NCBI GenBank assembly: GCA_047495785.1
Contig: JBLDXI010000036.1
Span: 868,001-932,000 of the forward strand
DNA length: 64,000 nucleotides
Reading direction: 5' to 3'
DNA from: Lepidodermella squamata
Lineage: Eukaryota; Animalia; Gastrotricha
Shown: positions 12,725-23,900 of the stretch, one piece after another
Position numbering within the stretch: position 1 is the first letter of the stretch
Layout: each line of letters begins with the position of its first letter
The notes under the pieces: model-generated
Told to the model about the DNA's origin: nothing
Database searches by the model: none
The model's input: the letters and a program-made list of their open reading frames with translations, nothing else
Made by a program: the position numbers and the translations under genes

Positions 12725-12884
12725 ACCAACGAATCTTGAATAATGAAATATTTTTTTTAAGTAAAATTCAGTCAAAAACTAGAAATTTCAAAATTCTCAA
12801 ATTTCGATTGATTTCTTTGAAATTTTTGAAAATCTTAAAAATCTATTTATTACCTTGAAAATCCAGAAAATTTTTGAAATTTTT

Positions 12885-13015
12885 TAAAATTCTTTGAAAT
12901 TTAAAAAAAATTTAAAATCTTTTGAAATTCTTTGAAATTTAAAAAAAATTTAAAATCTTTTGAAATTCTTTGAAATTTAAAAAAAATTTAAAATCTTTTG
13001 AAATTCTTTGAAATT
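12885..13015. repeat. AT-rich minisatellite (~39-40-bp unit, ~3 copies)
   Basis: tgaaattctttgaaatttaaaaaaaatttaaaatctttt repeated. Confidence 0.85.
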
Positions 13016-13102
13016 TTTTGAAAATTCATCTTGAAGTAATTCTCATTTAATCTTTTTTATATAAATAATAGATTTTTTATATAATATATCCACACGAATC
13101 CC

Positions 13103-14657
13103 ATGGGTTTCAAAGCTGTTACTCTGCCGAAAACTTTGAAAATTCTAATCATCTCAAGTTTTATCCTAACCCTAATCGCGATATGCCAGTTCCTAATCAG
13201 CGAAGAAAGTTTCGACTCACTCGATGCCCGGCTGTTGAAAGCGAGCGATTCAACAGCACCTAGTCGAATTCCTAAAATATTGCATCAAACTTGGAAACAT
13301 TCGCATGGCCTGCCTATGAAATATGCGCAATATCGAAAATCGTGGCTTGAATCGCACCCGGGATGGACGCATGTGCTGTGGACAGATGATTTGAACAGGC
13401 AGCTGATCGATAGAGCGTATCCTTATTTGAGACGGTTTTATGACAGCTTATCGATTGGTGTTATGAAGGCGGATATCAGCCGATTATTGTACATGCACAG
13501 GTACGCAAACAATTAAAATTGAAAATTATAAGTCAAAATTTGAAAAATCCTCCAAATTGTTAAGATTTTCCATAATATAAAATTTTCCATAATTTTCCAT
13601 AATATATCCATATTTATAATTTTTTTAATTTTTCAAATATTTGATTCAAAAATATTCAATATTTATATTTCTATTTTTCTAGCGATTTGAAATTTTCCAT
13701 TAATATGGAATTTTTGTTCAATATTCATAAAATTCATCGATTTTTTGGGACATCGAATAGTCAGCCTAGTAATAGTTTAGAAATATATTTTCTGAAATTT
13801 TCTGAGATATTTCTGAGATATTTTCTGTTTTAACCATAGATATGGCGGTGTTTACGCAGATCTTGATACGGAACCAATTCGGCCGTTGGACGAGCTCATC
13901 GAAAATGCTACAACGCCCGTAATTCTCGGATATATGATGAAAAAATTCGAGTATAAAGGCGACAAAAATTTCTTACCAGCCAGTATTATGCTATCGGCAC
14001 CGGGCCATATGCTATTTATGATCGCTATCAACCAGGTAAAAAAATAACAAAGACAAAAACAAAAAATCATTGGAAGGGAAAATATGTTAGAATTATTGAA
14101 TTTATTTACAATTTTTCTTGAATTTTTAAAATAATTTTTAAAATGAATTGGAATAGGAATTGGAAAATTGGAAAAGAAGCCTAAATTTAAATTTAAAATT
14201 TGAAAATTCTGATAATTTTCAGAATTAATTCGAATTTCTCCGATTTTAGATTCAACACCAAGCAAAATCATTCCCTCAACGCAACGTTCGGCCTGAATTT
14301 GTAACCGGTCCCGTCGCGTTTTTCAACGCCATTTTGTCGTACATGGCCACCCACGAAGCTATGACAGGCGAGAAAACGGACGCTTCGCCCTTCAACTGCT
14401 CACAGCACATCTACGACCTGCAAATACTACCGGCGCGCATGCTCCACCCATTTTCGTGGCTCTATGTCAAGAGTCCGGCCGGACGCGTGTGTTGGGGCAA
14501 GTCGCCGCAGTTCAACGAGGAGCTGTGTAAGAAGCGTTTTCCGCATGCGTTCACGGTTCAGTACTCGAGCCAGTCGTGGCACGACGACTGGATGCAATTC
14601 ATCGGCCCGGACGATCCGGATATCAAAACTGAAGGATTTATACCGAAACAATTTTGA
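13103..14657 (+). CDS. GT32 DXD glycosyltransferase (Gly_transf_sug; SUR1/OCH1-like); exons 13103-13500, 13840-14035, 14250-14657
   Basis: Type II TM anchor; IPKILHQTWK, LWTDD, KADISRLLYMHR|YGGVYADLD, SAPGH, VTGP, SQSW; phases consistent. Confidence 0.9.
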
Positions 14658-14819
14658 AATGTGGCCCATTCATTTTGTGGCACAATAAAGGCGAATGTTG
14701 TTCTATAATTTGTGTAAGCGAAAATTCCAAGAACCGAGTATTATTGAAAATTAGAAATTAAGCAATATTAGTAGTAAAACCAAGATCAGGCTGGATCTGG
14801 GAGGGGCTGGAAACGGGAA

Positions 14820-15097
14820 ATATAGGGGTTAGGGGTTAAGGGGTAACCATACCGCCGACTCGAGGCAAGATAACTCGAAAAAATCAATGGGGATCCATTG
14901 GGGCACACCGTCATAACAGCAAATGCCCAAAACAGCAAACACGACAAAACAGCAAATTTCTCAACTTGCGACATAGTAGCAGAAACTCGATGCATTTTTT
15001 ATATAGTAAGTTTTCGCTGTTTTGTCGCAAAATAAAAAATCTGCTGTTTTGTCGCATTCGCTGTTCTGCGAAGTTGCTGTTTTGTCGCCGTAACTCC
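14820..15097. repeat. Non-autonomous repeat with multiple (G)ACAAAACAGC motifs in both orientations and a GGGGTTAGGGG tract
   Basis: gacaaaacagc / gctgttttgtcgc recur about 6 times, forming inverted arms. Confidence 0.55.
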
Positions 15098-16697
15098 ACT
15101 GGTCCCAAAATTTAGTGCTGGAAGTACCCCAAGTTCGAGGATCCTACTTCGCAAACTGAGGGCTGGAGTCGGGAAACTAGTCTCATTCTTGCCGAAATAA
15201 CATTTTTAGTTTCAGATTTAGATGGCACTAAGTGCCTAGTGCCCAGTCCTCCAATTTCAAGGTTACTACGCGAAAACGTGATAGAACTTCGCGGATCTCA
15301 TTTTGTGACCCTCGTTCGTTCCCAGCCAGATTGCCGTTCGTTCGTCAAAGCTAGTCTAACGTATTAGCTGAATCGATTCTGGCCCAGCATCCTGTCACAC
15401 CCGTCCAAAACAAAAAAGGAACAGGTAAGCTTCCAGCAAGGGCAGTTGCAGATCGGAAAGTTAATAAGGTTTCTCCATATTGGGTAATTTCAGGCTCAGA
15501 TATACCAGAAAGCGTACGGGCACGTTTTGGACTTTGGCCCCAACAGTGCTATCAAAGCTTTGATCCCGTTTGCTATGAACAATTTTAAATATTAAAGGAG
15601 AGTATTTTTGCAATGTTTCGCAAATGGGAGGTTGAAGGAGTTGAGAAGCATGTTTCCTGAATCTTGGCTGCCAGCAATTTTAGTGGCAGCTCAGACTCGT
15701 CACCACGCATCCATCTACAGCGGGCCTAAAATCGAAAACGGAAGTGGAACTTTTCCCACTATACCGGCGTTTATTTTTGTCAGAGAAGAATGCTTACGTT
15801 TCGACAGCGGACCAAGCCAGCCGACAGCTGCTTCTCTTTCATCACGGACCGACATTGTTATGTATGTGACACTGCGTTCATAGGTGTACGAGACTCATAC
15901 CAAGGTTCTAGCTCTTTTCGCTAATTCTTGTGTGTGTTCAGTGGTCATAGTGACTCCCTCAAGCTCGGATTAGAGTAAAGCAGGTAGACCGAAAAAACAC
16001 ATTTTCATTCCAGCTTCAATCCTCAACATTTCAAAATAGATGCTAACAAGACGCGAAATCTGATGAGAAAAGCAATGAGCCAACTTTCAACGTTAATTTC
16101 ACCTGATGTGTGAACAATAACTTAGAATAAGGTTCGGGAAGGTCAGTGCCCGACGCAGGATTCTCAAGCCAGGGGTTACTTACAGGAATTTTCGGCTCGA
16201 ACTTCAATTGTTGCGTGAACATTTGGTTTTTTTGAATAATTTTAATTTTAATGATGTAAAGACAAAAAAATCCATCTGCTGCAGCTCCACAATTCTTGAT
16301 TCGGTCTTAGTTTTATTAAAATCGCAATTTATTTTGGGAAATGATAAACAAACAATTTTTTCCATCTCCGGCAGCTTCAGAATCCATGATCACACCCTGG
16401 AGTAGCTGATGCGCAGAATTGAATTTCCACGAAACGTATCAGTAAATAAATGAACGGCAGGCTCATTGATCTGCTATCCCGTGCGCTTTAGAAGATGGAT
16501 TGCAAAACAGAATTCATTCGTGCAGCCTGCGAACCGGAGAATTGTTGACATTCAGACCTTGATTTTGACGAATCCTAACAGGAAATTAAACCACAGCTTG
16601 TTGTTCCATGCTGCGGTATCTAAGATAGATCGCAGCGCTCGAGTCTACCGCGCTTGCTCTCCCAGTTTTTAGCTTTCAATCAACGAATTCAGTTGGA

Positions 16698-19600
16698 ATG
16701 GCTTATACATCTTATGCTGTAATTAACTGTATTTTTGCGTTCGCAAACTGCCTCGATGTTTCAAAGATCCAGCTGCCTCGCCTGAACAACCTGATTGCAT
16801 TCTGGCCGATGGACGCATATTCAGGCCTCACTGGGTTCACGAGGACGAATGAAGAACTCCAGCCACTGAAGAGCGCAAGCGGCCTTGCTGAATTCTACCG
16901 TAACCCTATCACCAACGCCGGGTACTATACGCTGATTGGTGGACAAAATATGGCTAGTTATTCAATGCCTGAAATTCCGAGTTCATTCACAGTTAGCGTC
17001 CACTTTCAACAAACATTCGGTCTAATTGAATTCAATGGCCTATTCAAGATTGCCCCGAGAACCTTTAACGTGAGAACTGGACGAGATAGCTGGCAAACAT
17101 ACAGCTCTAAATTTCTGATGGAGTACCAGGACACATCTATGCTAGCCTTCACATATGACAGCGCGACAAATTTGACGTTTTTCCATAGAATGGGAACAAG
17201 CAAGCTTGAATTATCCTCTGAAAAGTACTCAATACCGGTCCAGATGTACCTAAACGATACCAAGCAAGAGTTTGCGATCGGGAAACGTGAGCAATTCGAT
17301 GTGGATTGGACGAATTACGCAGTTTCCTGTGTTTCACTGTACAATACTGCTTTAACTGCAAACGAGGTGAAAATGCTGTTTCTACAACCGTGTCAAAAAG
17401 CAGCTGAAGCAAGAATGGGTAAAATCGATAAAATCGATATGAATTACATACCGCGTCGAGGGGACCTAATCGGATTCTGGCCGCTATCCTACGATTCGAA
17501 ATTAATCGGCTGGACTGGGGCGGGTAATGCTATTCTGCCCCGCCAGCCTAGCCTCTACAACCCGAAACGGTTGAAATTTGAGGGTCCTTATGGGCAGGGC
17601 AGTTTTGCATGGAATAGTAACGCAAGCTCTTCTCGGAATAAATTCAGCGGCATCGTGGCTTACGACAACCTCCCATGGCAAAAATACAGGCTCACAGTTG
17701 CATTCTACATCAAAACATCATGCGCAACAGGACAGCCGCGGAAAATCCTTACCATCCCTAGTTATCTGGCTGTTTACTGTCAGCTGATAGTCAATAAACC
17801 TCGGGGTGATGTCAAAATAACCTTTACTCCGTTGGGTAAAAAGGCCGCAGAGCTGCCGAATCCTGATGCCTGTAGCTGTAGTGCAACATATAATTACAAC
17901 GGAGACTGGACGCTGTTTGCAATTACTTCCGAAAATAGGGATAAATACGGAGACAGCGCCCTTTACACGCAAGCCGTTAACCATGAGCAGCAACTAAATG
18001 AAAAACGTAAGGCAAAAAAGATGAATAGAAGTTTCCGATTAGTTTCCAATTAAGCATTTTCTTTCACTGGGTCTAAAAGCAACACTCGAAGTATATGGCC
18101 ATAAACAAGTTGGGTTAGGCCAGTGACTTTGATTTGATTTGATTTCTTCTGTAAATCACAGGTCTTGTTAAATCAATCATTTCAAATCAAAACACCTAAA
18201 ATCCATGGTAAATCAATCAAATCAAATCATCAAACCAGTGTAAATCAAATCAAATCTTTCGCCCTGCGAAATATGAGTATTAGGGTACATTTCTAGAGAC
18301 TTTTTCACATCTTAAGGATGGTAGAATGAGTCTAGAGTAGTAAAATTGCTCAGGACATTGAAAACAGGTGTTTTCGAGGAAAATGTTCACATGTCTAGCA
18401 ACAGGGGGAGTTCTGACAGTGTTGAATTTCTAAATCATCAGTAAATCAAGGGGGCTAAAACATTTGCAAATCAAATCATCTTGAAATTTTGTAAATCAAA
18501 TAATCAAACAATGGCCTAAATCAAATCAAATCAAATCAAAGTCTCTGGGTTAGGCGCAATTTCTGTATTTCCCAGCAAACAGCGAAATGTGTGTTGACTT
18601 GAAAAAGGGGCTGATTCTTGATCTCTTTTCTCAGGATTTTGAATTCTCTAAATTCAAGCTTCAAGGGGCTCCCATCACTACCTCGTTAGTCGAGAGACCC
18701 CAAACTCTTCACTCGAATTTTTCGTGTCAACATTTTTAGCTTCCTTGACGATTACTGTAATAAAGCATGGATCATATTTCATATTCACGAAATCAGAACC
18801 GTTTACTTTTAATACTACCTAGAAAGGAATTATGCAGCTAAATCGATCTTTTTCAGATCGCTGCGATTGCAACTACTACCAGGATTTCCTGGGGATCGAG
18901 ACCGAAGGACTGCTTAAATTTCCGGAGGAAAATGTTTCCTTTGATATCGGAATGGGCCCTGAACTTCCTACCCCGTTTGCGAAAACAGCAGAAAATGATG
19001 ACACGCAATTTGCCTGCTTCTACTTCTACAGCGCTGTTTTGAGCAAAATCGAAATTTTCAACCTTAGCAACGCTTGCGGCCGAGTAGCCTCGCAGAAAAT
19101 GACGTACGCCGGCGGGAATTCGATCGCTGAGAAAATAATTCCGTTCTTCGACCCGCAGCGATCTCGCTACATTGACAACATGACGGCTATTCAACGAAAT
19201 TGCGATCATTTCAACAGCTCAGTCAACGCGCCTCAAACTCTTAAAGAGTACCAGTCTGAATCCTACGCTCCTTTCGACATCGAAGTTGGATTTCAAATTA
19301 CGAATTTGAACGAAATTGACACAGTCAACGAAATCATCACTGTTGAAGCTCTGATGGTTTTATACTGGCGGGTGGATACATGCCCTTGGCTCTCATCTGG
19401 CGTTCTTTCAACTGGACGGAATTATGAGACGATAAACATCGATAATCTCGAAAACATGTGGCGGCCGAAAATCCGCTTTCTAACTGCAGCTAATTCTAAC
19501 CTTCAAATGCGAAACATGATGATCAACGATGACTATCTGATGATGATGTCTTCGAAGATTCCAACTGTTAACCGGATCTTCGACTTTTATTGGCAGAAGG

Positions 19601-20322
19601 AAGGATTGTTCGAGGCGAAATGCGAGCAATTCCTGCAGTTGTTCCCTTTCGACACGCAAACTTGCGATTTTGAATTCTCCCTCGACAAAGACATCAGCGT
19701 TGTTCGAGTTGATGACAAAACGCTCCGCTTCGATTTCAAAAAGCCGCAACCAGGCGACAGTTGGACCCTGGTTTCAGCTACAAATTCGACCAGCCAAGTT
19801 TTCTATAAGGGATACTATGTTTCCACATTCAAATTCACGGTAACGCTGGCCAGGAATCCTAGGTATTACATTAGGAACTTCGCCATTCCCTCATCGACCC
19901 TCGCCTCGCTGAATGTATTCCTATTCATGATGCCTCCGGATGTGCCAGATCGATCTGCCTTCTCTGCAACCATCCTTTTAACGATGGTTGTAATGCAAAA
20001 TGTGATTCTGAATGAAGTCCCGAAAAAGCCTTACGACACGCTTCTAGGCAAGCTTGTTCAGAGCTTGACGTGGTTCTGCATCGCAACTACAATCTACAAT
20101 CTGCTTATCCTTTGGCTGGCAGCTTCATACTTCAACCCGGAGGTGGAAACGATACGATATCATAAGCGATTTCTGCGCGGACATGTTGGCTTAGTTCGCA
20201 TTATTGATGGCTGTTTCTTTCTTCTCAGCTTTTTCCTATTCTTAATCGTTCACTTCAGTGTGCTATACTGCACCAATGTCGACAAATCTTTGCTGATCAA
20301 GGCATTTGATCTCTTTGACTAG
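16698..20322 (+). CDS. LamG/ConA-like x2 + Cys-loop pentameric ligand-gated ion channel fusion, ~924 aa; exons 16698-18006 and 18857-20322
   Basis: Donor AAAC|GTAAGG (18006/7) and acceptor TTTTTCAG|AT (18856/7) are both phase 1 (C+AT = His). Exon 1 has a signal-like N-terminus and LamG motifs (LIAFWPMD, SFTVSVHF, CVSLYNTALTANEV; LIGFWPL, GPYG, WTLFAIT). Exon 2 completes the second LamG (FACFYFYSAVLSKIEI), then gives a pLGIC ECD (NEIDTVNE, WRPKI, CEQFLQLFPFDTQTC, LARNPRYY) and four TMs. Confidence 0.85.
18121..18547. mobile_element. hAT-type MITE in the intron of the fusion gene
   Basis: TIRs cagtgactttgatttgatttgattt / aaatcaaatcaaatcaaagtctctg; perfect 8-bp TSD ggttaggc (18113-18120, 18548-18555); internal (AAATC)n. 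Confidence 0.9.
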
Positions 20323-20985
20323 CCCTCAAGCTTTTTTAAACTGCTTCACAACATTATCAACTCAATCTTCATTGTTGTCTTATTATGTGTAAACTTGAAA
20401 CTTTACAGTATTTTAACCCGTTTTTTGCTTCTCAACACGTAGCAAGAACTATTACAAAGTCTCACTAAGCGTATTTGAATAAAAAATAAACTATTGAGGT
20501 ATATATCATTTTAATTCCAACCCTAGAATACGGGAAGTAATGAGAAGTGAGAAAGAAACTCGCTCCATATATCAACCACCATCAGAGGGCGAGCTTATGT
20601 ATGGCTATGATTTACGACATAATTTCTAGTTTCTGGAAGTCTCGTGTGCCACTTGGTAGTCGTGAATCAAGATCTGTCCAGTGTGCGAAATGTGGGATAA
20701 AATGAGGGGGCGTATCCCCGAGCTCGAGAGGTCCGCTATCTCGAAAGCATTCAAGCAGATAAATTCGGGGATGAAAGTACCCAAGCATTATACTTCTTTC
20801 ATATCATCGCGTCAGCTTATCAGGAGGTGAAACCACAAGAGAGCGTCACTGTGGCTTATAGCCATAAACAGATGGTTTTGCCGTATCAGTTAGATAAAAC
20901 CGCTTCAAAACAAGTTCCTCTCTGCCTTGCTGTTATAATAAACCTCAATTAAACCTGAATTCAAAGCTTTCAACGACCGGCAATA

Positions 20986-23900
20986 ATGGCTGTAGCCATG
21001 GAGACTATTTTTTCAGTGGACAATTTCAAAATCGAGAAGTATTTGGGTGGGGGTTATTTCGGCTCAACAACGCTACGCAGGCGGACCTGCAACGACGTGG
21101 CGCCGTACGCTGTCAAGTCAGTAAACCTAACGCGAATTCGTGAACTCCACGCGGGGGAACCACATTTTGCTGAAAGAATGGTTACTTTGTGCAAGGAAGA
21201 GGTCAGCTTCATTTCATGCTATTAATAATTACATCCCATGCAACGGCATTTTCGCATTTCCAGCATGAAAAACTGGTCAGGCTCCCACATCCAAATGTTG
21301 TTCAGGTTTTTGGAGCATTTATTGGTAAGTTTTGCTAAGAAGTGATCCAGAGTGCGACTTTGGGATGGGATGGGAGTATCATCTCCCCAGATCGGCCAGG
21401 TCAAACCAGAAAAAGAAAATTTAGTCCGCTGTTTCATCAATTTTGAAATGTTTCAGAGCGTGTTCTAGTTGAAATTCTACAGTGTGATTCAAAAAGGGCG
21501 CCCGAGCGCATCATAAACAGGCACGTGTTTGACACGGCCGTAGAAAAAATTGGATCGGATTCATCAGTTTTTCCAGTTTTTGTGATGAATGAACGCGTGT
21601 TATTATCGTTCATTTTGGCGTTTTTTCATGGCGATCACACAAATCACGCCGATCACGCCGATCATGAGCATCAGCTCGATCACGCCAACAACGACAGATA
21701 GCAAAAAAAGCTTGCAGTAATCAATCGAATTTCGGTCCTATTTCAAGCTGTTTTCAGGTTTCTCCACAGCTTTTTCAGTGCTTTTAAGAACAGCAAGCAC
21801 TGCTCCCATGCATTTCTCTTATTTGTTTAACGACAGTTTTAGCTTTATTGAGTTATAGTCCGCATTTAATTATCAATTTCCAACGGTAGTTTTTCGGAAT
21901 TTCAAAATGCAAAATGCTAGTTTTGCCTCTTCTGTCAAAAGCTAAACTGTTCCCTGTTCAGATTTTTCTTCCTCCTGTCTATCTATTCTTGTCGGTCGCC
22001 ATTTCATCATAGTATTATCTGTTGTTTTAGATTTATTATTTTAAATCTTGGCTATTATTATTTTTTTGCAAAATTGTTTTCGAGTCGGCACGCGCGGACT
22101 TAGAAAAATTTTTGGGGAAAAAACAAGAGGAAAAAAATACTAATTGTGGTTAGGGCGGCCTTTCTGAATCACACTGTACAAAATTGCTTCGCTCGTTTTT
22201 TTTGAAATTACTAGTCAAATAGGCAAATACAGCAAACACATTTTTTCCATCCACATTTTTCATCCACGGCTCAATTCCACCCTTAGTTTTAAGCAGGCTT
22301 CAACATTAATTGCGCAATAAGAGGCAATAAGGACCGATTATCTAGCAATTAGGTATGGGGTTCTCGCGTAAGAAAAATCAACCGGAAAAGTTCATCTGAA
22401 ATCTCTCCTATCACAATTTTCTCGCAGCTCAGTTGATTCATGTTTTTTCATCAAAGAGAAGGACGCTTCAGGAGCTGATATTTATTACCGTGTCATGGAA
22501 TACTGCTCAGGAGGAGACTTGGACGATTACATGAAGAAAGCTAGCAAACCTATTCCTGAAAATTTGCTGCTGGAGTGGTCGCAACAACTTGCTTCGGCCC
22601 TAGCCACCATGCATGAAAAGCCAGCCCTTCATCGCGATATAAAGCCGAAAAATATTTTCCTGAACAACGGTGCAGTTAAACTCGGGGATTTCGGCTTGGC
22701 AAAGATTTATGATAGGTATGAATAACATAGTTATTCGTTATAATAGATCAAAAACATGTCAAAAATGATTGCAGCTCTTCAAATAGTATCCAACAGTCAT
22801 CTTACAGCTTCAGGCTTGGAACAGAGCTTTACAAAGCGCCGGAATTATTCGGAGAAATAGGTCATTCGATCGAGAGTGATTGGTGGTCTCTTGGTGTAAC
22901 TTTGTTTGAGCTAGCAAATTTTTACCTGCCCGTTTGTTTTCTTTCTTTCCTTGTAAATTCTCTTATACGTTATTGCTTTTTTTAGTTTGGACATGCCCTG
23001 GATATCATGATGTACGTTTCTGCCAACATTTTCAGCGAGTAATCAATATGGTAGATTTGCAGAAATCCTCCAAGACAGTTTGACGACTCGCGCGGCTATT
23101 CGCCCGCGTTCAAAACTCTTATTAGTTTTATGTTGGTGAAAGATAGATCAAGACGCATCCCACCACTAACCAGTGTTCCGAGTGCGGGGGGTACGGGGGT
23201 GGCGCGTACCCCCTTGGAGAAGACCCAAAAAGTGGAAGGGGTGCCGCGTACCCCCTAGCAGATTTGTAAAAGGAAATTTTTATGAAAAAATCTGGCTTCA
23301 CCATGGGTCAAAATTTGAAATTTTTCATTCTAAATGACAATATTATCAGCTTTCCAAGCGTTCTACGTATAATAATTGGTGTGGCTTTCGATGACTAAGC
23401 GTACAGCGAGAATCCCAAACAACTTGGAGTACCCCAATAAATGTCCGATAACGAGCGTAAAAAGTTAAAAACCAAAATTTGAACGCTGCGGAATTTTCAA
23501 AAACAAATTAGATATTCTGAATCAGCATGAAAAGTTAGGCTAGAGTGCAAATTTGCGCGCGATAACAATGAAAATTGAGGAAGAAATGAGACGTTGAAAA
23601 AGCGCGCTTATATGTGCGTGACTAGCACGCGCACGTCAACTGCGAGCGCTTTTCTCCGCTTAATGCGTGTACAACCTCGCGCGCGTTTGCGTGGAAGCTG
23701 ATTTCGTAGTGCGCGCGCTCACTAAAATGCAAATTTACTTTCCACTATTTCTCCCTCAATTTTGAATGTAATCGCGCGCAAATTTGCACCCTAGCTTAAC
23801 TTTTCATGCTGATTCAGAATATCTAATTTATTTTTGAAAATTCCGCAGCGTTCAAATTTTGGTTTTTAACTTTTTACGTGCCACATTTTTTACACGATAT

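Noticed and set aside
9270-14780. Glycan cluster as cargo of a transposon or as contamination
   Set aside because: No flanking TIR/TSD found, and similar AT-rich introns occur in other genes in the window.
14823-14846. Telomere-like GGGGTTAGGGGTTAAGGGG
   Set aside because: Too short and not a true (TTAGGG)n array; part of an interspersed repeat.
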